A DNA stretch of 38,381 nt from an uncultured Bacilli bacterium. Lineage in GTDB: Bacteria > Bacillota_I > Bacilli_A > RF39 > UBA660. A program made the position numbers and the translations under genes. A model generated the notes under the pieces. The model worked only from the letters and a program-made list of their open reading frames with translations. It did not search any database and had not been told where the DNA came from. This document shows positions 9,193 to 18,988 of this stretch, in pieces; the stretch's first letter is position 1; every line of letters starts with the position of its first letter. The DNA is taken from the NCBI GenBank assembly GCA_947626425.1, contig CANQRX010000003.1:1-38381 (forward strand), read 5' to 3'.

Positions 9193-11727
9193 ATGAAACG
9201 CAGTGAAGTTGATATTGAACAGTTGTCACCAATGATGAAACAATATATGGAAATTAAAAATAATTATAAAGAAGAGTTGTTATTTTATCGCCTTGGTGAT
9301 TTTTATGAACTTTTTTTTGAAGATGGAGAAACTGCTAGTCGGGAATTAGAGTTAACTTTAACCGGAAAAAATGCTGGTTTAAGTGAACGAATTCCGATGT
9401 GTGGAGTTCCATTTCATTCAGTGAAACCTTATATTGAAAAACTTGTAAATAAAGGCTACAAAGTTGCCATATGTGAACAGCTTGAAGACCCTAAAAATAC
9501 GAAAGGCATGGTCAAACGTGGTGTTGTTCAAGTAATTAGTAAAGGAACAGTCGTGGATTTAGAGCTTTTAAATGAGCATAACAACCATTATATCGCGAGT
9601 GTTTTAGACTTTAATTATATTTATGTTTTATGTTATGCTGATATATCAACAGGCTCCCTTTCCGTAAGTATGATTCCCCATCAAAAAGAAAAATTAATAA
9701 GTACCATTTTAAATTTAGGGATTTTAGAAGTTGTCTTAAAAGATAAAGATGATTTGGATTTAATTCAGCTTTTAAAAGGACAATACAACATTGAAGTGTC
9801 TTTTAATGAACAATTCTTAAATGACAAATATTCTTTTTTATATGAAAACTTAGAAGATGAACATTTAACTTTATCAGTTAGACATTTACTTTATTATTTG
9901 GTCGAACGCGAACTAAAAAACTTGTCCCATTTTGAACCAGCCCAAGTAGTTTATCCCGATGATTATTTAATGATGGATATTCATACAGTTAGAAATTTAG
10001 AATTAGTTGAAACCTTAAGGTTAAAAGAACGTACTTATTCTCTTTTGTGGTTATTAGACAAAACTAAAACTAGTATGGGATCCAGAATGCTTAAACAATG
10101 GTTAATGAATCCTTTAAAAGATGAAACTTTGATAAATGACCGTTATAATAAAATTGAAATTTTAAACAGTGAATTTATTTTAAAAGATCGTTTGCAACAA
10201 AACCTTTATAAAATATATGATATTGAACGGTTATGCGGTAAAGTTGCTTGTGGTTCTATTAATGCTAGGGATTTATTGCAACTTAAAATTAGTTTATCAG
10301 TTTTACCAAGTATTAAAGAAATTTTAAAAGAATTAAATTTTGGGATGGAAATTAATACTCATGATAAACTTTATGATTTATTAGAAGTGGCAATTTATGA
10401 AAATCCGCCGGTTACCTTAAAAGAAGGCTACTTAATTAAAGAAGGTTACAATAAAGAATTAGACGAATTAAAAGAAATTCGCAGCGGCGGAAAAGATTTT
10501 ATTGCTAATTTTGAAAATAAATTAAAAGAAGAAAGTGGAATTAGTAATTTAAAAGTCGGTTATAACAAAGTATTTGGCTATTTCATTGAAGTAAGTAAAG
10601 GTCAAGTAAGTAAAGTAAGCGAAGAACTTCATTGGGAGCGAAGACAAACCCTAACCAACTGTGAAAGATATATTTCTCCAGAATTGAAAGAAAAAGAAGC
10701 TTTGATTTTAAATGCCGAAGAAAAAATAATTGATTTAGAATATCAGCTTTTTACCGAAGTTAAAAATGAAGTTTTAAAAGAAGTTCTTAATTTAAAAGAT
10801 ACGGCTAATATTATTGCTAGTTTAGATGCAATTACTTCCTTAGCAGTATGCGCGGATGACTATCAGTTTGTAAGACCAACATTTAATCATAATCATGCGA
10901 TTGAAATTAGAAATGGCCGGCATCCCGTTATTGATAAAGTAAGTAATATGGATTATGTAACTAATGACTGTGTTATGGATTCTTCGATTAATACCCTTTT
11001 AATAACTGGACCTAATATGTCAGGTAAATCAACCTATATGCGCCAACTAGCAATTATAATTATTATGGCTCAGATGGGTTCATTTGTTCCCGCCACCAAA
11101 GCTAATTTACCAATTATTGATAAAATTTTTACCCGCATTGGTGCGAGTGATGATTTAGTAAGTGGTGAATCAACGTTCATGGTGGAAATGAAAGAAAGTA
11201 AAAATGCCATTTGCAATGCCACAAAAGATTCATTAATTTTATTTGATGAACTAGGACGGGGGACCTCTACTTATGATGGAATGAGTTTAGCCAAAGCTAT
11301 TTTAGAATATGTAACCAAAAACATTGGTTGTAAAACTTTATTTTCGACCCATTACCATGAACTGACTAGCATTGAACGGGAATTATCTAGTATTAAAAAT
11401 GTTCATGTTTCCGCAGTGGAAGAAAATGGAACGTTAACCTTTTTGCATAAAGTTAAAAATGGGGCCTTAGATAAAAGCTATGGTATTCATGTTGCTAAAC
11501 TGGCAGGACTTCCCGAAGAAATTATTACTAATGCGACTAAAATATTAAGCATATATGAAAAAAGTAATAAAAAAAGAGGGGATTCGACTGTTCAATTAGC
11601 CATGAATTTTCCCGAAGAGCAAAAAGACGACCCAATAAAAAAGCGGTTAAAAGAAATTGAACCTTTACATACCACTCCGATGGAAGCGATAAATATTTTA
11701 TATGAATTAAAAGAAATGACAAAATAA
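9193..11727 (+). CDS. mutS: DNA mismatch repair protein MutS
   Basis: SPMMKQY, LGDFYELF, IPMCGVP, GRHPV, TGPNMSGKST, STFMVEM, DELGRGT, STHYHEL. Confidence 0.98.
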   Translation: MKRSEVDIEQLSPMMKQYMEIKNNYKEELLFYRLGDFYELFFEDGETASRELELTLTGKNAGLSERIPMCGVPFHSVKPYIEKLVNKGYKVAICEQLEDPKNTKGMVKRGVVQVISKGTVVDLELLNEHNNHYIASVLDFNYIYVLCYADISTGSLSVSMIPHQKEKLISTILNLGILEVVLKDKDDLDLIQLLKGQYNIEVSFNEQFLNDKYSFLYENLEDEHLTLSVRHLLYYLVERELKNLSHFEPAQVVYPDDYLMMDIHTVRNLELVETLRLKERTYSLLWLLDKTKTSMGSRMLKQWLMNPLKDETLINDRYNKIEILNSEFILKDRLQQNLYKIYDIERLCGKVACGSINARDLLQLKISLSVLPSIKEILKELNFGMEINTHDKLYDLLEVAIYENPPVTLKEGYLIKEGYNKELDELKEIRSGGKDFIANFENKLKEESGISNLKVGYNKVFGYFIEVSKGQVSKVSEELHWERRQTLTNCERYISPELKEKEALILNAEEKIIDLEYQLFTEVKNEVLKEVLNLKDTANIIASLDAITSLAVCADDYQFVRPTFNHNHAIEIRNGRHPVIDKVSNMDYVTNDCVMDSSINTLLITGPNMSGKSTYMRQLAIIIIMAQMGSFVPATKANLPIIDKIFTRIGASDDLVSGESTFMVEMKESKNAICNATKDSLILFDELGRGTSTYDGMSLAKAILEYVTKNIGCKTLFSTHYHELTSIERELSSIKNVHVSAVEENGTLTFLHKVKNGALDKSYGIHVAKLAGLPEEIITNATKILSIYEKSNKKRGDSTVQLAMNFPEEQKDDPIKKRLKEIEPLHTTPMEAINILYELKEMTK

Positions 11728-11744
11728 GAAAGGAAATGATTTAA

Positions 11745-12407
11745 ATGAATTACGATGAAATACAAGAAATATTACAGAAAGTTGAGGCTCAAAAATTACA
11801 TGATTTTGTAACGTTTGCTTTACAAAAATTTCCAAGTCTTCAAACAGACTTTAAAAATGAATTTTATGAGTATTTTCCACAACAATCTAAAGAAGATTAT
11901 AAAAGAGAAATTTACCATGCGATTGATTTAGCTGGTGGTTCTGATGGCTACATTGATTACGATGAAACAGATAATTATACTGGAGCTATGTATGGTTTTA
12001 CTAATCAAGCTAGTAAATTGATTGAAAACAAAAACTATATGAGTGCCTTAGATATTCTAGAAACAATCTTAATTTCCATGACGACTACAGATATAGACGA
12101 TTCTGATGGTTGCAGATGGGATGTCGCGGATGATTGTATGGCAAATATTAAAAACATAATATCGCAAGCTATCTTGGAAAACGAAGAAAAAGTTTATCAA
12201 AGAATCTTTACCTTTTTAATGCATGAAGCTATAACTGGAGAAATAGCTAACTATGGAATTGAAACCTCAGACTTATTTAATGAGTTTATCGATAACCAAA
12301 TGTATTTACGAGAAATGCAAAAAGAGTTTCCTAAAATAATTGCTAAATCTGATAAATATAAAGCGAAAATATATCAAGAATTACTCCAAAAAATTGAGGA
12401 AAATTAA
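11745..12407 (+). CDS. Acidic helical hypothetical protein
   Basis: 220 aa ORF with RBS; GYIDY and DDSDG motifs recall the C-terminal region of SWIM-finger-associated proteins (from memory, unverified). Confidence 0.65.
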   Translation: MNYDEIQEILQKVEAQKLHDFVTFALQKFPSLQTDFKNEFYEYFPQQSKEDYKREIYHAIDLAGGSDGYIDYDETDNYTGAMYGFTNQASKLIENKNYMSALDILETILISMTTTDIDDSDGCRWDVADDCMANIKNIISQAILENEEKVYQRIFTFLMHEAITGEIANYGIETSDLFNEFIDNQMYLREMQKEFPKIIAKSDKYKAKIYQELLQKIEEN

Positions 12408-12491
12408 TTACTTTGTGTAATTTTTTTTACCCATTTTGTCGAAACTATTTTTATTTTTTATCCAATTTGCTATTCTATACTTGGTGATGAT

Positions 12492-12719
12492 ATGGAACTA
12501 TATTATCAAAATGAAACTTTGTATATTGATATAGAAATGCTTTTAGATTCAAGTGATTATTATGAATTAAAAAATAAACTTTTTCGTATTGTTGAAGATT
12601 ATGAAATTGACTACATTATTATTAATAATAACACTCATCAAGTAACCAATCGTCGTTTTTTAAAACGAATTAAACAAGAATACGCGACTAAATTTCGTGG
12701 GCATTTATACATAAATTGA
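12492..12719 (+). CDS. Small hypothetical protein, possible degenerate STAS (anti-anti-sigma-like) fold
   Basis: RBS GGTGA; TLYIDIEMLLD...ELKNKL...IDYIIIN follows the SpoIIAA N-terminal pattern. Confidence 0.55.
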   Translation: MELYYQNETLYIDIEMLLDSSDYYELKNKLFRIVEDYEIDYIIINNNTHQVTNRRFLKRIKQEYATKFRGHLYIN

Positions 12720-12776
12720 AATAATTGGTGCTATAAAATTAGCATTATTTATTGTATAATGTTTTTGTGGTGGAAG

Positions 12777-13877
12777 ATGAAAAAATTAATTAGTATTAAA
12801 CGCGATAAATTAATTAAGGTAAGCAGTTATGTAAAAAAATTTACTTTACCAACTAAAGTATATTTTCCTATTGATAAATCCGTTAAATTAAACATCAATG
12901 CTAAAAAAATTAAAAAAGGTCAAAAATTATATGATTTACATAATGCTTCGTATTATTCTTCTGTAAGTGGCGAGTTAAGTGGTTTAATATGGAAAAAAGA
13001 TGAAACAAATAATCCCACGCTTTATTTAAGTATTATTAACGATTTTAAAGAAGAAAAAGGCAAATTAATTAATCATAATGCCAACTATTATTTAACTACT
13101 TTTTGTTCCTTTTTACTACCAACTTTGGAGATTTTAAAGAATCAAAAAATCCTTTATTTTAACGCGATTAAAGATGATCCTTATGATGTTTCGGTGGTAG
13201 CTTATTTTAAAGAAAATGCCGAATCTTTATTAGAAACTCTTGATTTTTTACGAAATTATTTACATTCTAAAGAAGTTCATATCTTTTTAAAAGAAAATGC
13301 CACGGAGTGTATTGAAGCTTTGTCAAAATTTTTAGGAATGTATCCTTTTATTAGCCTAGTTTTTGTGCCGGATTTGTATCCGATTGGCGATGATTCCGTT
13401 TTAGAAGAGTATTTAAAAATTCCTAATTTAAAAACATTAAAAATAGTTGATTTAATGTATTTACAAGCGGCGATTATTAATAACGAACCATTAGAAGAAA
13501 CTTATGTAACTATAAGCGGTGATTTAGTAGATGAACCATGTATTGTTAAAGTGAAAATCGGAACTTTGGCTCAAGAATTAATAAATGAAATAAAACCTTG
13601 TCAAAACCTTTCTAAAGTTTGGGTTAATGGATTTTTTAAAGGGCATCTTTTGGATTTAGACGAAGTCGTTATCACCGCCCAAATATCATCTTTAATTTTT
13701 TCAAAAGAAGAAACGAAAAAAGAAAATCCTTGTATTTCTTGTGGCAAATGTTTAGAATGTTGTCCTAAAAATTGTAATCCTATCAAAGGTGAAAGACAAA
13801 ATTGCATTTCTTGTGGACTATGTACTTATATTTGTCCAAGCCATATTAATTTTAAGGAAAGGAATACGTATGAATAA
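12777..13877 (+). CDS. RnfC-like iron-sulfur protein (degenerate)
   Basis: YSSVSGEL, NAIKDDPY, YPIGDD, YVTISGD..VKIGT (SLBB-like), CISCGKCLECCP and CISCGLCTYICP. Start 12777 follows GGTGG. Confidence 0.75.
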   Translation: MKKLISIKRDKLIKVSSYVKKFTLPTKVYFPIDKSVKLNINAKKIKKGQKLYDLHNASYYSSVSGELSGLIWKKDETNNPTLYLSIINDFKEEKGKLINHNANYYLTTFCSFLLPTLEILKNQKILYFNAIKDDPYDVSVVAYFKENAESLLETLDFLRNYLHSKEVHIFLKENATECIEALSKFLGMYPFISLVFVPDLYPIGDDSVLEEYLKIPNLKTLKIVDLMYLQAAIINNEPLEETYVTISGDLVDEPCIVKVKIGTLAQELINEIKPCQNLSKVWVNGFFKGHLLDLDEVVITAQISSLIFSKEETKKENPCISCGKCLECCPKNCNPIKGERQNCISCGLCTYICPSHINFKERNTYE

Positions 13878-14715
13878 AGTTAATTTTAGCGAAAGTAAAT
13901 TTAGTCTAAAAACAATCTATCTTCTTTCATTATCTTTACTAGTCTTATATGGAACTTATAAAAATGGTTTAGTTTATTATTTTAATGGAAGTATGTCCCT
14001 TTTAAAGGCGATGTATCCGTTGTTTTTTTGTTTATCTAGTTACGTAATAGGTCTTTTAATTGAAAAAAAATTTAATTATCAAGATTTAAGCATTTATAGT
14101 TTGATGATAAGTTTAGCAATGCCTTATCAAATACCTTTTCTTTTATATCTTGTCATTTTAACTGTAAGTTTAATAATATTTAGTAAATTGCCTTTAAAAA
14201 AAGGAAATATTATTGTTTTTATAATTGCCTTGTTTCACATCTTTTTAGCTAGTGGTTTTGAAAATGCGATGGAACAGGGTAATCAAATGTTTTACAGTAC
14301 CATTGAAATCTTTTTGGGACGGAGTATTGGGGGGATAGCCAACACTTCAATTTTCTTGAGTTTAATAAGTTTAGCCTTTTTCTTAACAAACTTTTATTAT
14401 AAAAAAGAAATTCCATTAATTTCGATCGCGTGTTTTGAACTTTTAACTTTTATTCGTGGCCTTATTATTAATGACTCTTTGCTGTTTAATCATTTATTGT
14501 ATTATTTGCCTTTTTATTTAGCAATTTTTGTGATGCCGATTAATCGTTATTCGCCTTTAACGAAAAAAAATCAAATAATTTTTGCTTTTTTAACCGGAGT
14601 TTTAATGTTTTTTGCTACTTACTATCTAAATTATCAACTAGGTCCTATTTTGGCCTGTGTAATTATGTCTTTAAGTGTCGAAATATTAGAACTATTGACG
14701 AAGAAAGCTAAATAA
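13870..14715 (+). CDS. RnfD-like membrane protein (degenerate)
   Basis: Polytopic; FLGRSIGGIANTS and YSPLTKK..IFAFLTG resemble RnfD/NqrB motifs. ATG 13870 has an RBS and overlaps the upstream stop. Confidence 0.7.
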   Translation: MNKVNFSESKFSLKTIYLLSLSLLVLYGTYKNGLVYYFNGSMSLLKAMYPLFFCLSSYVIGLLIEKKFNYQDLSIYSLMISLAMPYQIPFLLYLVILTVSLIIFSKLPLKKGNIIVFIIALFHIFLASGFENAMEQGNQMFYSTIEIFLGRSIGGIANTSIFLSLISLAFFLTNFYYKKEIPLISIACFELLTFIRGLIINDSLLFNHLLYYLPFYLAIFVMPINRYSPLTKKNQIIFAFLTGVLMFFATYYLNYQLGPILACVIMSLSVEILELLTKKAK

Positions 14716-14784
14716 GTTTACTTTTTTTTCTTTTTTGTTAAAATAAGACTTGCTTAAAAGACATGCTCCTAGAAGGAGAAATTA

Positions 14785-17109
14785 ATGAAAAAGAAAAAAT
14801 ATATTTTAATTATTATTACTTTAGTAATAGTTTTAAACGCTAAACAAACTAAGGCTTTTGAACTAGTGTCAACAGTTTATAATGATTATTGTTATGAAGT
14901 AAATAGTAAAAAAGAATGTTTAACCCTTTATCATGACAAAGATTCAAATATGGCCGTGTTTAAAACTTATAACATTGTGGAACAAGACCGAGTATATTTA
15001 AATGCAGGTAATTTTACTACCAAAGGTTTAGTGGCTGGTGACTTTAACCATAAAACGCGTTTGGCACTCCAAAAATTTTTTGACGAACGTTATTATAAGT
15101 CACTAGGCTATGATATTCATTATTTATTTGATCCAGCGGAATTAAATACGCTTTATGAGAAATTAATGGCTGATACGCATGAATTTAATAATCGAGTCGA
15201 CAAACACGAATTTACGATTTTTAAAAACGAATGGACCGATGTTTTAGATTTACCAATCCGTGACTATAGTTTTGCTAACACTGATAATCTTGAATTTAAA
15301 AAAGAAAATGGCCGGTTCATGGTCAAAGCCAATAAAGCGGGTAATTTTCCAGCCCAAATTATTTATGATCAATCTAGTAAAGTAGAAAGATTTTTAATTG
15401 ATAGAGAAAATTATTTTCGAATTTATACACCAATTGAAACTATACCAGAAGTGAAATTTAATGTCGAAGAGAAAAAACATCATATTTATGTCAATGGCGA
15501 TTTAGCAAATTTTCAAATAAATATTGATAACGAAGGAGTCGTAGGCGATAAAGTAAATTTTACTTTAAATGTTAATAAGGATTATTTTTTAGATAAAATT
15601 GTTATTGAAAATAAAAATCATCAAGCTATAGAATGGAAAGATAATAGTTTTATTATGCCTAATGAAGATGTTTATATCAATATTTCCTTAAGAAAAAAAC
15701 AAACTTATAAAATAACTGTAATTAAAAGCGAAAATGCAACAATTACGGCTCCATCTTTAGTTATGGAAAACGAAAAAGTTACTCTAAATGCTAAAGTAAA
15801 TGAAGGTTATATCTTAAAAAAAGTTTTTGTAAATGATATTCCTATTGATTTACAAGAAATGCAATTTGTTATGCCTTCTTCTGATGTTACAATCAAATAT
15901 GAAGTTGAAAAACTAAAAACTCATCAAATTACGGTTTTAAAAAATGATGGAGCTACCATTGAAGTAAAAAACAATGCTAATGAAAACGAAAAAGTTAAAG
16001 TAAAAGCTCTAGTAGAAAATGGTTATCAATTAGAAAAAATAATGATAAATAATAAAGCTTTAGATTTAAATGCAATGGAATTTATAATGCCTAATGAAGA
16101 CGTTGTAATTACTTACAAAACAAAAAAAGTAAATGCCCAGACTCATCAAATTACAGTTTTAAAAAAAGATGGAGCTACCATTGAAGTAACAAATCACGCG
16201 AATGAAAATGAAAAAGTTAAAGTAAAAGCTTTAGTTGAAAGTGGTTATCAATTAGATAAAATAATGATAAATAATAAAGCTTTAGATTTAAAAACAATGG
16301 AATTTATAATGCCAAATGAAGACGTTGTAATTACTTATAAAACAAGTTTCAAGAATATTACTAAGCAATATAACATTGTCGTTAAAGAAACAAAAGGTGT
16401 CAGTTTAAACCTAAATAAAAAAGCCCAAGCAGGTCAAAAAATCAATTTAGAACCTATTGTTGAAGAAGGTTACATTATAGATAAAATTTTAGTTTTTGCG
16501 GCGAATAATCAAAATTTAGAAGTTACTGAACAAAGTTTTATAATGCCGGATTCTGATGTAACAATCGAAGTCCAAACCAAATTAAAAGAGTACAGCATTA
16601 CAGTTGAGGCTCCTAAAAGTATTTTGGTAGATATTCAAAATAAAGCGCATATGGGCGAGTATATAACCTTTTCAACTGAATCTTTATTAGAAGACAGTGT
16701 AAAAGCCATTTATTTAAATGGAAAATTAATTGATACCTATCACTTTACAATGCCTAGTGAAGATGTTGTTTTAAAAATTGATGGTGCCAAACATAACTGG
16801 GAAGTTAATTATGAGGATTTAGAAGGTATGGTTATTAAAGAATCCCTTTTAGTTAATAAAGATGAATTAGTTTCCATTCCTCAAATTAAAGGTTACAAAT
16901 TTTTAAAAGCAGTGCTTTTGGATGGTACGTCTGTTGATTATCAAAATTCCTTTATTATGCCAAATGAAACCGTAACTTTAATTTATGAACCATTATCAAC
17001 GGAAACTGATTTTGATATCCCCAACACCAAAGCTAGTTTATCAATATTTCCATTAATCATACTTTTTCTAGTAAGTTTATTGCCTGTAAAAAAACGTAAA
17101 TTTAAATAA
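14785..17109 (+). CDS. Cell-surface protein with about 7 InlB-B/Flg_new-like beta repeats and a C-terminal anchor
   Basis: Signal peptide; seven FxMPxxDV/TV motifs with GY..(D/E)K cores; C-terminal IPNT, hydrophobic stretch, KKRKFK. Confidence 0.8.
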   Translation: MKKKKYILIIITLVIVLNAKQTKAFELVSTVYNDYCYEVNSKKECLTLYHDKDSNMAVFKTYNIVEQDRVYLNAGNFTTKGLVAGDFNHKTRLALQKFFDERYYKSLGYDIHYLFDPAELNTLYEKLMADTHEFNNRVDKHEFTIFKNEWTDVLDLPIRDYSFANTDNLEFKKENGRFMVKANKAGNFPAQIIYDQSSKVERFLIDRENYFRIYTPIETIPEVKFNVEEKKHHIYVNGDLANFQINIDNEGVVGDKVNFTLNVNKDYFLDKIVIENKNHQAIEWKDNSFIMPNEDVYINISLRKKQTYKITVIKSENATITAPSLVMENEKVTLNAKVNEGYILKKVFVNDIPIDLQEMQFVMPSSDVTIKYEVEKLKTHQITVLKNDGATIEVKNNANENEKVKVKALVENGYQLEKIMINNKALDLNAMEFIMPNEDVVITYKTKKVNAQTHQITVLKKDGATIEVTNHANENEKVKVKALVESGYQLDKIMINNKALDLKTMEFIMPNEDVVITYKTSFKNITKQYNIVVKETKGVSLNLNKKAQAGQKINLEPIVEEGYIIDKILVFAANNQNLEVTEQSFIMPDSDVTIEVQTKLKEYSITVEAPKSILVDIQNKAHMGEYITFSTESLLEDSVKAIYLNGKLIDTYHFTMPSEDVVLKIDGAKHNWEVNYEDLEGMVIKESLLVNKDELVSIPQIKGYKFLKAVLLDGTSVDYQNSFIMPNETVTLIYEPLSTETDFDIPNTKASLSIFPLIILFLVSLLPVKKRKFK
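15919..16344 (+). repeat. Recent in-frame tandem duplication, 222 bp period
   Basis: ACTCATCAAATTAC starts at both 15919 and 16141, followed by near-identical sequence. Confidence 0.92.
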
Positions 17110-17115
17110 AAAGTC

Positions 17116-17155
17116 AAAAAAACACTAAAAAATGAAAAATTTTGGTGTTTTTTTT
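17116..17155 (+). terminator. Intrinsic terminator after the surface protein gene
   Basis: AAAAAAACACTAAAA / TTTTGGTGTTTTTTT inverted repeat with T tract. Confidence 0.7.
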
Positions 17156-17218
17156 GTAAAAAAAAAGGAAATAAAGGACAACAGGGTAATATATATAATT
17201 GTAGGGGAGGTATGACTT

Positions 17219-18988
17219 ATTGCAGTAATTAACCAAGAAACTATTTTAGAAATCCGTCAAAAAGCTGATATAGTAGAAATTGTTAGTTCATATGTCCAGT
17301 TAACTTTAAGAGGTAAAAATTATTTTGGTATTTGTCCTTTTCACCAAGATCATTCACCATCAATGAGCGTGAGTAAAGAAAAACAATTATTCAAATGTTT
17401 TTCCTGTGGGGCCGGGGGTAATGTTTTTCAGTTCGTTAAAGAAATTGAAAACATAACATTTTTAGAAGCTGTTAGTAAAGTCGCATCAAAAGTCGGCATT
17501 AACTTTACCTATAATCAATCGTTTCAACCCGTTGAAAAGTTTGAACAAGAATATAAAATAATGGACTTAACAAAAATGTTTTATCATAACAATTTAAAAA
17601 GCAAAGAAGCCAAAGAAGCCCGTGATTATCTTGCCAAAAGAAAAATTGATAACGAAATTATTGATAATTTTGGGTTAGGTTTTGCTTTTAAGGGCAATCA
17701 ATTATTAGAATTATTAAAAGCCAAAAAATATGATATGACTAGACTAAAAGATTTAAGCTTAGTTAGCCAAAAAGAAAACCAGTACTATGATATGTTTCAA
17801 AATCGAATTTTATTTCCTATTGAAAATCCTTCCGGAAAAGTTGTTGGGTTTACCGCCCGAGCTATAAATCCCAATGATACACCGAAGTATTTAAATAGTC
17901 GGGAATCAATTATTTTTAAAAAAGGGGAAATTTTATATAATTATCACCGTGCCCGCGAGAATGTTCGACTGTTAAAAAAAATTATTATTGTGGAAGGAAA
18001 TATGGATGCCATCCGAATGAGTGCTTGTGGTTTTCCAAATACCATAGCTTTAATGGGAACTAGTTTAACTAAAGAGCAAATTGAACTTATCCGGAAACTA
18101 AGAGTACCAATTACCTTAATGCTTGATAATGATAATGCCGGTTTAACTAATACTTATCAAAATGGTTTACTTTTAGAACAGGCTAAACTAGACGTTTGGG
18201 TTGTCCGGCTAAGCAAAGTTAAAGATCCTGATGAATATCTTTTAAACTTTGGCACTGAAGCCATGCAAGATGCCTTAGATCATCCTCTTAGTTTTTTAGA
18301 ATTTAAACTAATGTATTTAAAAGAAAATCGTAATTTACAAGATTCAGCTGATTTAATTTTATATATTAAAGATGTTATTAAATCCCTTGAAAATTATGAT
18401 GATCTAACTAAGAAAATGACTTTGCAAAAAATTGCCAATGATTATAGTATATCTTATGAAATTTTAAAAAGTGAATTACAAAAAGCTCAAGAAAATAATA
18501 ATCAACCATCAATCGAAGTAAAACCAATTAATAAACCGAAAGATGTATTCGATAATTATAGCAAATGTGCTAATCCCATTCTTTATTATATGATGAATGA
18601 TAGCAAATATATTAATATCTATCTTAATCGGTTAGGTTATTTTAGTGAAAAAAAATATAGACAAATCGCCAGCGAAATTTTATACTATTACGAAAAAAAC
18701 AAAACAATTAATTTAGCAGATTTTTTAAGCTATGCTGAACTATCACCTGTAAAAGATGATATATTTCAGGTAATCGGGGGTATAAAAGATGAAGAAATAA
18801 GCGAAACTAATATGGTAGAGTATATAACAATGTTACAAACTTTAATGATTAATCAAGATATTTTTACTTTGAGAAGTCGTCAAAGACAAACATTTGATAT
18901 AAACGAAAAAATTGCCATCGGTATCAAAATAACAGAATTACATCGAAAAAAAGAAGAATTGAAAAAAGAAAGAAGTGTTGAAAAATGA
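17219..18988 (+). CDS. dnaG: DNA primase (start extended to ATT 17219)
   Basis: The frame upstream of ATG 17363 encodes [33 protein letters not shown] (zinc finger CPFH...CFSC); also [34 protein letters not shown] at 17204-17210. Confidence 0.93.
   Translation: MAVINQETILEIRQKADIVEIVSSYVQLTLRGKNYFGICPFHQDHSPSMSVSKEKQLFKCFSCGAGGNVFQFVKEIENITFLEAVSKVASKVGINFTYNQSFQPVEKFEQEYKIMDLTKMFYHNNLKSKEAKEARDYLAKRKIDNEIIDNFGLGFAFKGNQLLELLKAKKYDMTRLKDLSLVSQKENQYYDMFQNRILFPIENPSGKVVGFTARAINPNDTPKYLNSRESIIFKKGEILYNYHRARENVRLLKKIIIVEGNMDAIRMSACGFPNTIALMGTSLTKEQIELIRKLRVPITLMLDNDNAGLTNTYQNGLLLEQAKLDVWVVRLSKVKDPDEYLLNFGTEAMQDALDHPLSFLEFKLMYLKENRNLQDSADLILYIKDVIKSLENYDDLTKKMTLQKIANDYSISYEILKSELQKAQENNNQPSIEVKPINKPKDVFDNYSKCANPILYYMMNDSKYINIYLNRLGYFSEKKYRQIASEILYYYEKNKTINLADFLSYAELSPVKDDIFQVIGGIKDEEISETNMVEYITMLQTLMINQDIFTLRSRQRQTFDINEKIAIGIKITELHRKKEELKKERSVEK

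Noticed and set aside
17363-17365. ATG 17363 as dnaG start, or dnaG as a pseudogene
   Set aside because: Would remove half of the zinc-binding domain; the upstream frame is intact and conserved.
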